From Selaginella moellendorffii (Eukaryota; Plantae; Lycopodiophyta), in the NCBI RefSeq assembly GCF_000143415.4, contig NW_003314284.1:533805-597804 (forward strand): a stretch of 64,000 nucleotides of DNA. The letters are read 5' to 3'. The notes below the pieces were generated by a model. That model worked only from the letters and a program-made list of their open reading frames with translations. It did not search any database and was not told the origin of the DNA. Of the stretch, positions 51,203 through 64,000 are shown piece by piece. Numbering within the stretch: the stretch's first letter is position 1; every line of letters starts with the position of its first letter. The translations under genes and the position numbers were made by a program.

Positions 51203-54200
51203 CTACCGTCCGATGACGCGGGATCCGACGGCCAGGAACTGGTCGCGCTTGTCTGAGATTGCCGCGCCCAGGAGCACTCCAAACAAGATCTTTCCCTGCG
51301 TGAGAAAGAACAAAAGAAACAAACGAACAAACCATGGAAGAACTCTGTAAGAAATGATCGAATAGAAAGCTTGAAGTTAGCTTACCTTTGTCCGCCTGTA
51401 AGATGCGAGAGTTGCAAGAGGCTCCATACTAGGATTTTTCGCACCGGTTCTCTGGTCGATTGTGATCATCTGGCAGCGATTGCATCCACCTAAGACCTGT
51501 GAGTATCTTGTGATCATCGTTAGAACTGGAACTATCTATCTTGTGACCATCCCAAGAAATGGAACTTACGGGAAACTCCGCGTCGCCAATTGAGAGTGAC
51601 TGCCATTCATCTTCCTCGTAAGCAGGTCCACCCGAAACAACGAGATTTGGCCGAAACTGTGTTGTCTCTAGTCGATGTTTGGCACCTGAATAGAAGAGTT
51701 TCGCTTATTCGTTTTCGGAGAAGAGAAATTTACCGGTAGCTATTCGTGCATTGAGGTCTTCCACACTGGCTTCCGACAGGAGTAAAAACTGGCCTTCGTT
51801 TGCGAAACTTAACTTATCGCCTCCTTCAGGCGAATGTTCTGGATTTCTCCATCTGCATACTCTGGTATTCTCGACACCTTTTCGAACCAAGTTACACCGC
51901 AATCCCAATGCTTTCGTGAACCACTCAGAGATCTCTGCCCCGTATGACATCGATTTAGCCCTGCAGCAACTAATGAGCAAAAAAAAAAAAAACCAGAAAG
52001 AACAGAGTAACCTTTGTCCACATAAAATAACTTCTCCATGTTCCTCGTGCTGTAATCTGTCCTCCAACGGTATTTCAAGTGTATGATCAACATTTGGAGC
52101 ACGGACAACGAGTTTCCCCGATGCCAAATCGATAGACGGAGTAATCAAGCACATGTTGTGGGCCTGGAACACAAAACTGTTAGCAAAAGCATTGTTTATC
52201 AAGAAGATGGACAAACCTTTTTCTGTGTCACGGGAGCATTCTCGGTGTCACATATCATCCACTCCCTGTCATAAAGTAGACCTGGAAAGTGCTGTTACTG
52301 ATGGTACACCACTCAAAAATGTTTACCTGACTCGACGATAGGCCATGCCTCAACACTAAAGCCAGCACATGACTTAATAGGATACACTATAATAGACTTG
52401 AGACGCACCGCTGCCGGGATTGTATCTTTACTTCTTAATTTCTTGGCTTCCTGTGTGTAAGTAGTTTCTACAAAGTACTTTCGAACGAACTTGAGAAAAG
52501 CCTGCAGATGAACAGAGTAAGAAAGCTGGAAACACGCAACTTGTTACCTGACAGTCCTGGAAAGTGGACATATATCCAAACGAAATGCGAACAGCTCCTG
52601 TTGGTCTTCCGGAGATCAGATCCTGATCATCCCAGCAAACATGCCCCGCCTGAAAAATAATTTTTTAAAAATAAACTTGGAAAACGTTATTCATCCGGAT
52701 TCATCACCTCGAAGTTGGCCTGCATGTCCTTGTTTGAAAGTTCAAGATACTTCGCACAAGCTCCAGGATTACAAAAGCATCCAGTCTGAAACAAAGGCAA
52801 CCAAATATTTGAAAACAAAGGGTTCTTTTACTCACTCGAAGATGAATCCGGCACAAAGACGCAACTTTCTCAACTTCGCGATGACCGACCCAAGAGCCAT
52901 CAGCACGTTTCAGATTGAACGTAATAACCGGACCTTGGATTCGAAACTCTTCTGCAAAAGTCTGAACTGTACTCAGTTAGATTTACATGTGCAGCCTGGT
53001 TACCTGAAAAACTCCGTGATTGCCAAACATAAAACACACGGGAGCACCGTTGCCATGCTTCAAATTACGCAGTGAACGAGCTGTGTAATGTGTTAAGGCC
53101 CAAGTGTGCCTGGTAAACAAAAGTGTAGAGGACTGCTGGGAAACAAATAAGTAGTCTACCTGGCAATAGAACTGATTCCCATTCTGTTGAGCATCATAAA
53201 CCCGTAACGCAAAGCTCTGATGCTTAGAAACGATATTGTGCCATCTTCCATGCGTTGCTCTAGACTTTCTCGTCTATTCACATAATCAATGTCCGCTATA
53301 GACACCGCAACAGTGCCTGTTGCATGAAACAATCAGAAATGTGCTTAAGATTGCGTAAATTACCTCCTCCAAAATACTTCTGATTTAAGACTTTGCCAGC
53401 TTCTGGAAAAAATCTGATTTCAGACATAGCAACGAAGTGACATTTACTTACCACGTCGAACAATAAGAGCACCAAGTCCGGTAGGATATCCAAATATCTA
53501 TTAGAGGAAGCTTTAGAAACTTTCAGACAACAGGAAAGTGGAATACCTTATAAAAAGATACAACTACAAAATCGGCAGGATAACGAGAAAGATCGGGTGG
53601 AGAAGTTCCAGCGCTTTTTGCTGCATCAAGTAGAACCATCCAGCGCCCTCTATGATTTGTCAAAGCTAAAGATGACCTGTAAGAAATACCAAACGATGGT
53701 GGTACCTGGTTCCATTCATATGCTGGCCATCTTTGATGCGCTCAACCAGCTCCATTGGAAATTTTGCGCCCGAAAAGTTACACTCGGTAGGCATTGCGAA
53801 AAGATTGTATGTTTCTTCGTCATCTACAACCATAACAAAAATTGACTAACTACAAAATCAATAATGACATACCATCGTGCAGAGAGACATTTTTCCTCTT
53901 TAGTCCTGCACTCTCCAGTACAACTTCTCCCTGGTTACTGATACTCACGGGGATTGCAGTTGCTCCCTTTTCGAGAGCGTACCTTTTGTTAACAAGAAAA
54001 AGAATTAGCAAAGAGGAAGAACTCGAATAGAATGCTTACTCTCGTATTCCGAGCACACTGTTGTGATTTGCCAAAGTATAGCAAAAATGGCCACCAGAGC
54101 TCCATGGAAACGTCTCTCCAACAAGTTTCAGCGCAGCTGTAGCACCGGAAGTAAAAACGCAAGCATATTCACTGGCTGGAGCATGGAAATACTCAAGAAC

Positions 54201-54796
54201 CTGAGAGAGGAAACAGAAAGTTGTTACTACTACTGCCTCCAAGTAGTAACATTTTACTTCACCTGTTGTCTGGCAGATTCAATTGTGTGAGAACTCCTGA
54301 TGCTACTATCACTTTGACTGTCTGGCTTTCTCTAAGTTAGAAAAAGAAAAATACGAACAAGCTGCTAGAACTTACGAGGATTTCCATAGACCTGCCCGCT
54401 ATAATCCGCGAGAGCCTCCTGGAGCTGACTGCTGGAATACAATGTGGCGCCCGCATGGTCCAAGTAAATTGTCCCTGTGAAGAATAAAGCGAAAGTTTTT
54501 CCAAGTAAAGCGTCATTGCAAAGAAGAAAAAAATGTGTCATACCTTTCAAACGAGCAAATTCAGTACCCCGTAGACGATCGATTGGAACTGGGCCATCCG
54601 CGTAGCCATAATAACCCCCAAATTCTTTCAAGAAGCTCTGCCTCCTGGAATTCCCGGAGATTTCCGCGTCGCGCTGCTGCCTCAATCGCGGCGGCCACGA
54701 CAATCTCTCCAAGAAATGCCTGACAGCAGCGTGAATCCATAGTATCAAAGCCAGGAGCCTGCCCGGGAGATAGAAGAATCCTGTGGAGCTCCTCAT
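51203..54796 (-). CDS. ABA3: Molybdenum cofactor sulfurase (NifS-like + MOSC domains)
   Basis: [101 protein letters not shown]. Confidence 0.94.
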
Positions 54797-55399
54797 AATC
54801 TATCCGATCTATAGCCTCTCTTACCTATTTCAACAGGAGCAAACCATCGGCGCATCTATATACCTTCTTTGACGCACGCCAAAGCCGTGGAGAAGTCGCG
54901 GAGATCCTCTCTTCCACAGCCAGGGTTTATATATATCGCCCACTCGAACGATTCCCCGGAATCTTCCAGGTCATCGTTCGACAGGGCATTCGTGAAGTAT
55001 TTTAGCAAGGTATACACCATAGCTTCTAGCTTGTAAGTGGAGCCTGTAGGATGATACGTCCCAGAAAACGTTCACACACTGGAACATTTGGCAATCAAGG
55101 CACGGAGCCATTGTATCTGCTAATTCCTGGAAACATGAAAGTGAGCGATCGAAAAACATTAGGATAAAAAAAAGACTGGAGTAGTCTTCCACTGAGAAAT
55201 TGTAGATGATATCTGTTCTGGATCATCTTGGTTACCTTTGGTGTGGATTTTTCTTCCTGAGGCCAACCAATTTAGAACCGGCTTGGCTGGGCTGGGTTCT
55301 TGGATTCCACAGGCAATCACATAATCGACTCCAGCTAAGACACCCATGTTGTTTAAGTACATGGTATGATAGTATATTATCAGAACCAGTCATGGCTAT

Positions 55400-55990
55400 C
55401 AGGGAAGTGTAGAGGTAAACTGGTGTGGAAGACCTGGGTTCGATGCCAAAGGTCCATGTTGGGGACGCTCAGGATGGGGCACCCGAGTTAGGTGGGACGC
55501 GGTAGGCGCCGAAGTTGGGACTACAGTGTGGGAGGCCCTTGGACGGGCGAGATGGGAGGTATGGCGGGCTTCCGGGGTACAGGCACTCTGGGAGGCTTGG
55601 AACCGCAACCACTTCGAAGGGCAGTGCGCTCGGATTTCAGTGATCATGGCGAATTGGTGGAGGCTCACACTAGCTGCTATCCGCTTGAGGGATACACTGC
55701 TCCAGGAGCATGGGAAAAACAAGGAGGCACTCACAGCTTGGTGACGACTATGGACTCCGTGCTACGGAACTGAACACGAGGGGGAGGTCAAGTGGAAATG
55801 GAGACCTTTGGACACGGTAACAAAGGAGGCTCGACGTGGCGATCTGGCGCTGGATGCACTGCGGAGGCGACGACCACAACAGCCACGATTGGAGGGCAGC
55901 AATCACTACTAGATGGAGAATTGCAGGACAGCGTAGTTGAGTGAACAACGCTAAGGGACTCTTGCTTTTTGTATCAGTCCCTAAGGGACT
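55400..55990 (+). mobile_element. Probable 5'-truncated LINE (L1-like) 3' remnant
   Basis: Trp-rich W..W...LWEAWNRNHFEG..I...W resembles the ORF2 tail downstream of zf-RVT. GC-rich island. Confidence 0.45.
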
Positions 55991-56195
55991 TGGAGAAATG
56001 TACATATGCGTTGCATCGATGCCAAAGGTCCAATCAACAAAGACTTTTATTATGCAAAAACTAGCACTTGACCAACCAATGTTGGGTAGTTCGCAAAGCC
56101 TTTCAAACTCACCAACATATCTTTAATATATTTTTGTGATAGAACTTGCTCACATCTCATAATTTCCTTGTGAGATGATTCTTCCATTTCTAGCA

Positions 56196-59100
56196 CTAGG
56201 CATTGCTGGTCCATTGTTATCCATTGGGCCATAGGGAAAGTTAAAAAATAAATAAAGTTTATTGTAGTTTTTTTTTTTATGTTTTAAGGTATAGTAGGAG
56301 AGGAGTTAGTTAATATAAAGCTTCTTTGTATATAGTATTGATGGTGAATGTTGATGAATTGAATGGAATTAATCAATATTTTGTATGAGTTGTGTCAATT
56401 TGAATCGCAAATTGTTATGATGATGTGCATCTTCAATGGGTAAAGATTAGCTAGGGTAAGCACATGATCAAATGTTTGACCTTGGTATTTTGAAATTGTC
56501 AAACAGTATCCAAGATGAAGAGGAAATTGTTTTCAAGATATATAAAATGGAACATTTGAATCAAAGGGTGTTAAGTTAATATATGGGATAAAAGTTCTAA
56601 TACCTTTAAATTCACATATAATTGTTTCACAATCCAAAACTTTAAGCAAAGTTTTTTTGACCATTAATTGAGTCTTATTGCACAATAGAGATATGTTTTT
56701 CAAAAGAATAACTTTACAACCTTCTTTTAGTAGCAATTTGTGTAGTGGTAATCTAAAGGGAGTGATAGAGTTTAGAAATTTAATTGGGAAATCTTTATGA
56801 TATTCAACATCAACAAAGTTAATGCTACTGTAAATTTGAGGTGGATTTGGTAATTGAGAGATAATGTTGTTATTAATTGGAAATATATTATCATTGAGAG
56901 GTGTTAAAATGGTTCTATTTGTTGCAATTTGAACATTCAAAATGTCTTCAATGTATGGGAATATGAAATCAATTATAGAGATACTTCTAATTAGTTCTAA
57001 AGAAAGAAGGATAAAATCAAGTGGTAAAATATGGTTTTGTGTATAATTATTTCCATCACCAACTTTCAATAACCTTTTTACCCAATCTGGGAACTTGAGG
57101 CCAAGCTGCATAATTATTTGCAGTTGGAACTTTCTAAATAGATTCCATAAACTATTTAATCTTACAGATGTTAAAAAAATCTTGTTTGGTGATTATATGG
57201 GACAATTGGTAATGTTTGATAGAAATCACCACTTGTAACAATAACAATGCTATCAAATAAAAAATTGTTCTATTTTAAATCTTTTATGTAGCGATAGACA
57301 GTTGAAAAAGCAAGTGTATGAACCATACTAATTTCATCCCAAATAAGCATTTGTATTGTTTTCATAGATCTACTGACACTGTTATTAGGTGTTAAACCAA
57401 AAACAGATATATCATTAATTAGAATTAATAATTTAAAAGTTGTATAGGATATTTGTCCATTTTGTAGTAGTATGCTTGCAATGCCCGTGCATGCCATACA
57501 AACCATTTTTTTTATTGTAGAACTCAAAATATTTTACTATTGCATTTAATAAATATATTTTGCCAGTCCTACCAAGGCTATCAATAAAAATAAAATGGTT
57601 GGTATCAATCAGGCACTCAACAATGTTAACAATTTCATTGAATATAATAATTTATTTAACATTCAAGTTTCTAATATTATGGTAAATTTCTGTATATAAA
57701 TGGTTGTAATTTAGTATTAATTGAATAGAGGTATTTAGAGTTGGAATAAGTAAATTGTATGATTGGTTTGTTTTACTATGTATTTCCATTCTTGAGTTAA
57801 TGTCTATTAAAGCAAGTTTATATCAACATACAATATTTGTTTTACCAAAATTTTTAAAGAGCTAAACCTTAAAAATATCCCAAAGATATGGTGGGTATTG
57901 CAAAAAATACATATGAAAGTAAAGAGTTGACATAATTGTGTAGGCATTTGAAAATTACATACTTCTTGTAAACAATTATACCACTTGTTATCATCATCAA
58001 GAAAACCCATAATAATAGCAACTTGTTGAAAACTTTAGTAAGTTGCATCATTAATTGTTTTAATATTGTCGAAGGATGTCACATCTTTTTTATGAAGAAT
58101 AATAATAAATAAGTGGTACAACTTAGTATTTAGAGGAGATACTAAGTATAGTCGAGGAATAACCTTTTTCTTTTTTTGACATTGCCATATATTAATAGAT
58201 CTATTGAAAACATAATGTAAAGGTATCTGAATGTATATATATTGTTTTGCATTTGGATCATGAATATTAAGCTTGAACCATTTTGTTAACATTGTTCCAT
58301 TACATGCTATTTTTTGCAAGGCCTTATGCTCTAAGCGTTTTATAAAATATACATTTTGGAAGTCAAGAAAATACGGGTAGATGTATTATAAGGTGTGAGC
58401 ATCCATGCATTTTAAATTTAAATATCCTCCAAATAGCTTCCAATGCTGAAATGTATCAAGTATTTATAAAATTTGTGATTCATCCAAATTTAATACATTT
58501 TTAGACTAAGTGGCTATTCGAATTTCAATGGTTGCACAATCATAACCTTTATAAACATATTGAAAAAAATACTTAATTGATACACATATTTTTACACTTA
58601 TATGGACTTTGTATTTTTTACATAAATATTTATTATATGGGACAATTCATTTGTTATCAACTAAAATATCATTTTTAAGGAAGGTGTGACCATTGTTTAG
58701 CCTAAAATATTCTGGATACCCATCCACACAATATAAAGTCTTGTCATTGAAGTATCTAGGATAGTTTTTGGAGTATTTTTTGTTTTTCATGCATGGACTT
58801 TGAGGATTTAGTAATCCACATGGACCATGTATCATATGTGATGTGATTATTTCAAATATCTTAGGCTCTAATAAAGGGTTAGGTAATTGACTAAATACAT
58901 ATTTGTCAATAGTGTCATGGTCTTTAATTTTACTTTCATTGTCTAATATGCCTAGGAAATGACAATGTGGTAATCCTCTTTTCTGGTCTTCAATGATATA
59001 TATAAATGCAATACATCTTCCAAAGATATTTTTTTTATAAAATCATAGAGAAAATATTTTAGCTTTATATTAAAAACCCTAAATCAAGTTGGCCTTCAGG

Positions 59101-60419
59101 TCCTTTATTAGGATGTAGATTTTGTAATATCTTAGGCCATTTAGGGTTGCAACTAAAATTTATAAAAACATTAGATTTTGAGTATTTTGTTATAATTGCA
59201 ATAGCATCTTGGTAGTTTTGTTGCATAGCTTTTAGGAGGTAAAATAACAAATTTTCTTAGTCGAGCATTTGCATTAGCAGCTCTACCAGCAATATAATCC
59301 ATCAAACCTGTATAAAAATAAACTTTCATATTTTTTTGATTAGATTTATAGTATTGTAAATTGTTTCTTTCAATTTTAACATAGGCATCTACAATATATT
59401 ATTATGTGAGTTTTCCAACATGTAAAATTTGGTTATATGTAACTATAGAGGTTGATAATATTGAATCTCTTTTGGACAAACAATAGGCATAATATTGAAA
59501 GAGTGTTATATGCTTATTAAAAGAAAGCCTATCATGCCAAACTTTATTTGCATGTGGAAAAGCAATGGATAAACCATAGGATTGCAATTAGCATTTAAAA
59601 TAAATATATGTTATGGTTTTAATGATTTTGGATGAATTCATATTTCACGGTCAAAAGATGGCACACCATCTTCACTTTGGAAAATTATTGCAACATCATT
59701 AGTTTGTGGAGTATTATATTGATGATGGTTTATGCCTTCATTTTTAATGAGTATATATACTCCATGTAAATTGCTACCAGAAATAATAGTTCCTAAAATA
59801 TTTTTTTATTCCAATTCATACATCATTCTAAAAGCTTGTGCATATGGATTAATATGTTGAAGTATCATATCTAGTTGAAGCAATAAATTATAATCACAAT
59901 TAATGTTAAAAAGGTTTTGTTTTCTGATATTAGTAGCCTCATTAGAGCTAGCATGTACAATTGACAGTTGGAAATTTAGTTTCATAAAGTTATTTTGGAT
60001 AGTAAATATTGTTGACAATAAAAAAAATGGTGTTTTTAAGCAATAGCTCATATGGCATTTTTTCCATGGTATAGGACTAAATTACCATCATTTTGTAAAA
60101 CCAAAATACAATGAAATATATTTTTTTATTAGATTTTTCTCCCATATAATTTTTTTTTAGTATATCTTAATATTGCAATTTGGTTCTAAAAAACATTAAA
60201 TATTTTCCATTTGAAGAAATTAAAAAATCATTTGTATATAATGTTGATTTAGTAGAATAAAGACTACTTGTACCAAATAGCAAAATAAACTTAATTTACT
60301 AAAATAAAATCTAAAACTTAAGATAAATAAATAATATAAATAATCTTGTATATAAAGTTCAACTTTCTTAATTAAGTTATATTGTATAAAATGCTGAGAA
60401 AGATTTATATATATTTCAT
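56196..60419 (-). mobile_element. Degenerate Helitron (Rep/HUH + PIF1 helicase)
   Basis: RGLPHCH (HUH), MIHGPCG, CNPKWP, LIWDEISM, ILTPLN, LCN.T.L, TISKYQGQT. 3' hairpin 56208-56230 followed by CTAG|T at 56196. Many stops. Confidence 0.9.
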
Positions 60420-63132
60420 TGTGTGAGGGCCAAGTGTACAGCTATAATGTTGTATATTAATATTAGCGTAGTGGGATTTTGGTAGCTGTCGGATTGATTT
60501 CAATCTAAACCACTCGCTCCTGTATATAAGCTAGGGTTTTTGGGCTAATTGATATGCACATTTTTGTATTCCCTTTCCATATTCCAAGCACTCACATTGG
60601 TGGAGGTAAAGGGCACTTTTGATTGTCCCTGAGGAGTGTTTGAATTTGGGATTTTGGTTTAAATATAGCTTTTGCATTGTCTAGATCTAGCTTTTTCCAT
60701 TTCCTTTCTTTTGTTCTTTCCTTTCAAGATTTTGGTTTAAATCTAAGTTTTTGCATTGTCTAGATCTCCCATTTCCTTCTCATTTTTTGTCGTTTCTCTT
60801 TTTTTGCTCTTTCTTCGTCCATCTTCATGGCAGATCAGCAATCTCCTCCTTTGACTCTAGAGTAGCAATTGGTCCAATTGCTTAATGCTATGTGCTTACA
60901 ATTGAACAATCGAACTCAATTGGTGGCGGCATTCACGGCACGTGGTCCAACTCCTCCTGCTCTTGGTGCCAATCCTCACGTTCGGCCGGAGTTCTTTTGT
61001 GGGAATCTTGGGGATGATGTGTACCATTGATTCGATCACTTCATGGTGATTGCCACATATCATTCTTGGGATGATGCTCGACGTTTGCGTGAGTTTCCCA
61101 CGTATTTCCAAAGGATAACATTGTAGTGGTACAATGGATTGAGTGCGGCCATTCGTGGGGATTGCAGTGTTCTTCCGGATGTCTTCAAACGCGCCTTCGG
61201 ACATGCTGATGATTGTGACGATGCCTTCCAACAATTGCATCATCTTCACCAAGGGCGATCTAAGTTGGTGATGCAATTTGGCATTCGTTTCCGCAGTCTT
61301 TTGCTTCGTGCGGAGCCCAATATGTCGGAGTGGATCAAGCTAGGAATGTTGTGGCTAGCACTTCGTCAAGATCTTGTCAACCTTGTGCATGCACTTGCTC
61401 TTGCCACCCTTGACAATGCTCTTCGCTTGGCCCAACGTTATGAGACGTCACTCTTCCACTTCTCGCTGCATGTCCTTCCGCTCCACTTCTTATAAATGAT
61501 GGTTCTGTTCTAATTGAGGTTGATGCTGCTGCTACTCAAGTCCAAGGACAAGGGCGAGGACGTGGTCATGGCCGTGATATTCGTTGCTAGGCATGTGATG
61601 AAATTGGTCATACTTATCGGCATTTTCGGCACTTTCCAGATTGGCGACCTCCATTTCTTGGGTGGAGACCTTGGCGTCAGCAATGTCCCATTGGTGCTGC
61701 TGTGGTGGAAGGTTTGGACACCGAGGTGCATCCGGGAAACGAAGAGTCGAGCGAGTAACAAAGGGATCTTGCGTGAATAAGTTAGTGACCCCTCCATCTT
61801 TCTTTCGGGAGTATCATCAAGGGGTTCACTCGGCACCAGTTCATCCAGTGTTTATTTTCCAAACTCGTTTTTATAACAAAAGGTCTCCTATTATTCTCTT
61901 CGTATTGGTTGATACAGATTCGAGTTTATCTTCTATTGCTCGACCTGTTGCCACACGTTGTCATCTACACTTGCGTTGTGTGGCAGATTTAGTTTTCATT
62001 CTTTATGGCAACGGCCATACACATGCATATGCACGAGATAAGGCAGACTTGGTTGTGCGTGTGGGTGATCTCAAGCTTGAGTTGCAGTCGTTACGGGTGG
62101 TACCGAGTCAAGCTTTTGGCCTCATTCTTGGTATGGATTGGTTGCAACACAATCATGCCAAGTGTGACTTTAAGGCTTCTCCTCCTTGTCTCATACTTCC
62201 TTATGTTTCATCCATTCCTCTCACTTCCATACCTCTTCATCCCTCTACTTCTACCTCTGCTTCTATTACTTTTGTTCCCCCACTATTTCCTCCTATATTT
62301 CCATCTTGTTCTACTCTTCCCTTTTCCGATCCCTCTGATGATTTTTGTGTTGCAGTTGTTGACCGGCTCATGAAAGAGTATTCTGATCTCTTTGAATTTA
62401 ACCTATCGTCTAGGGCCAAGATTGCCACACGTCATCCGATTCCAACCGGGGATGCTCGTTCAATCAAGGTTCCTATTTGTCATCGGTCACCCAAGGAGAT
62501 CAAGATTTTACATGCAAACATCAAGGAGATGTTGGAGAAGGGTGTTATTCGGAAGTCGCGGAGTCCTTGGGCATGTGAACCTCATTTTGTGATGAAGCCT
62601 GATGAGAGTATACGTTTCTACATCGACTATTGTCCGTTAAATAAAGTGACAATCCCGGATGTGTACCCTCTTCCTCACACTGCTGATCTCTTGGATCGTC
62701 TAGGGCGAAGTCGTTAGTTCACCAAGCTAAATCTTGCTTCTGGGTACTAGCAAGTACCGGTGGCCGAAGAAGATATTCCCAAGACTGCTTTTCGTACACC
62801 GTTTGGCTTGTACGAGTTCTTGGTGATGCCGTTTGGTTTGACCAATGCTCCAGCAACTTTCCAGTGAATGATGGACGAAGTTTTTTGCGATATGCCAAAG
62901 GTGACTACTAACTTCATTGATGATGTCTTGATTCACTCGGAGGGGACATGGGAGGAGCACGTTTGTGATGTTTGTAAAGTGTTGGATCAGCTACGCGACG
63001 TTGTTTCAAACTGAAGCGGTCGAAGTGCATCTTTGGGTCCAAGGATACAACTTATCTTGGGTACCGTATTTCTCGTGAGGGTTTGCAAGTTGATCCTGAC
63101 AAACTTATGGTTGTTCTAAAGTTCCTTACTCC
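60420..63132 (+). mobile_element. Ty3/Gypsy LTR retrotransposon, 5' portion (LTR 60420-60596, gag, protease, RT), pseudogenised
   Basis: TG..CA LTR followed by TTGGT PBS-like start, Zn-knuckle remnants, VLVDT..S and LILGMDWL protease motifs, RT motifs [28 protein letters not shown] and FIDD. Confidence 0.92.
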
Positions 63133-64000
63133 TGTAAGGAACCAACTCGCCGAGGTGTCGTAGGCTAAAGGAACCCCGAAAGCATGACCAAAATGACAAG
63201 GAGTTCATCGGATGGGACCAAGTCGAAGATCGAGTCCAAGACCGACTCTAGGACCGAGTTCAAGATAGAGTCCGGAATCGAGTCCGAGACCGACTCGGGG
63301 ACCAAGTTCGAGTCCGAGTTCGAGACCAAGTTCGAGACCGAGTCCGAGATCCGAAATCGGGTCCGAGACTGAGTCCGAGGTCGAGTCCGAGGTCGGGTCC
63401 GAGATCAGGTCCGAGATCGAGTCCGAGATCGAGTCCGAACCCGAATCCGAAGTCGGATCCGAAATCGGGTCCGAGATCGAGCTAGAGACTAAGTCCAAAT
63501 ACTAATACGGGTCAAGGGGTGAAAGCCCAAAGCGTGCCTCTTCCATTGGGGGGGGGGGGGGGCTTCCAGGGGTTCCCAAAATATTATAAGGACAGTGGGG
63601 TTCCAAAACCCATTTTTAAAGGAATCTCCCATTGGGGGCTTCCAAAATCTACTTTAAGTTGGGAATGGGACCCAAGGGCCTTTGGTGGGAATTAACATGG
63701 AATTTGCTGGGGCCCGAAGGGCCCTCCCAGGAAATGTTCAAAAACAACTCCCCCTCCCCAAAAGGGAACCCATTGGGGGGCTCCCCGCTCATGTGGGGGG
63801 GGGCCCCCCTTTAATACCATGGGGGTTATTGGTCCTCCCCCTTTCTAAGGGCTTGGGCCTTCCTTTCGGAATGGAATGGGGGGCAAAAAGTACCCCTAAC
63901 GGGCCCCTAAGCCACGGGGTTTTCCCCCCGCCTCCCCAAACAAATGTTTCACTCAAAAATTTGGATTTAAAAGGTCCCATGAACAAATTTTTTGGTACCC
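63133..64000 (+). mobile_element. Second LTR element inserted into the Gypsy RT, with a CCGAG-hexamer tandem array (63220-63495); runs off the window
   Basis: Abrupt switch from RT codons to TGTAAGGAACCA. 63500-63600 is homologous to 25215-25320. Confidence 0.7.

Noticed and set aside
63184-63986. ORFs in the hexamer array and terminal G/C runs
   Set aside because: Repeat-derived frames. The homopolymer-rich end looks like low-quality contig-end sequence.

Overview
Gene-dense land-plant nuclear DNA with very short GT-AG introns (40-80 nt), tiny intergenic spaces and S-motif-rich PLS PPR genes. This pattern points to a lycophyte, most likely Selaginella moellendorffii (inference). Apparently intact genes: LEA_2 protein, dienelactone-hydrolase-like protein, RidA, SEX4, an LRR receptor-like protein, an LR-type serpin, a TM/coiled-coil protein, a plastidic glucose transporter, a PLS PPR, WEX exonuclease, a WAC-DDT chromatin factor, a SERAC1-like hydrolase, BRICK1, DUF1191, the PP4 catalytic subunit and ABA3. 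AT-rich transposon graveyards lie between them: a hAT remnant, degenerate Gypsy-related LTR elements, a LINE tail, and a Helitron > Gypsy > LTR nest at the right end. Most notable: (1) a 195-bp solo LTR with a 5-bp TSD that carries a 5S rRNA-derived Pol III internal promoter (Cassandra-like) and appears related to a longer, younger LTR at the window end; (2) an inverted, circularly permuted duplication joining pieces of the glucose transporter, WEX and PPR genes; (3) pervasive microhomology-flanked deletions in duplicated DNA. Exon and TE boundaries were read by eye and some are approximate.
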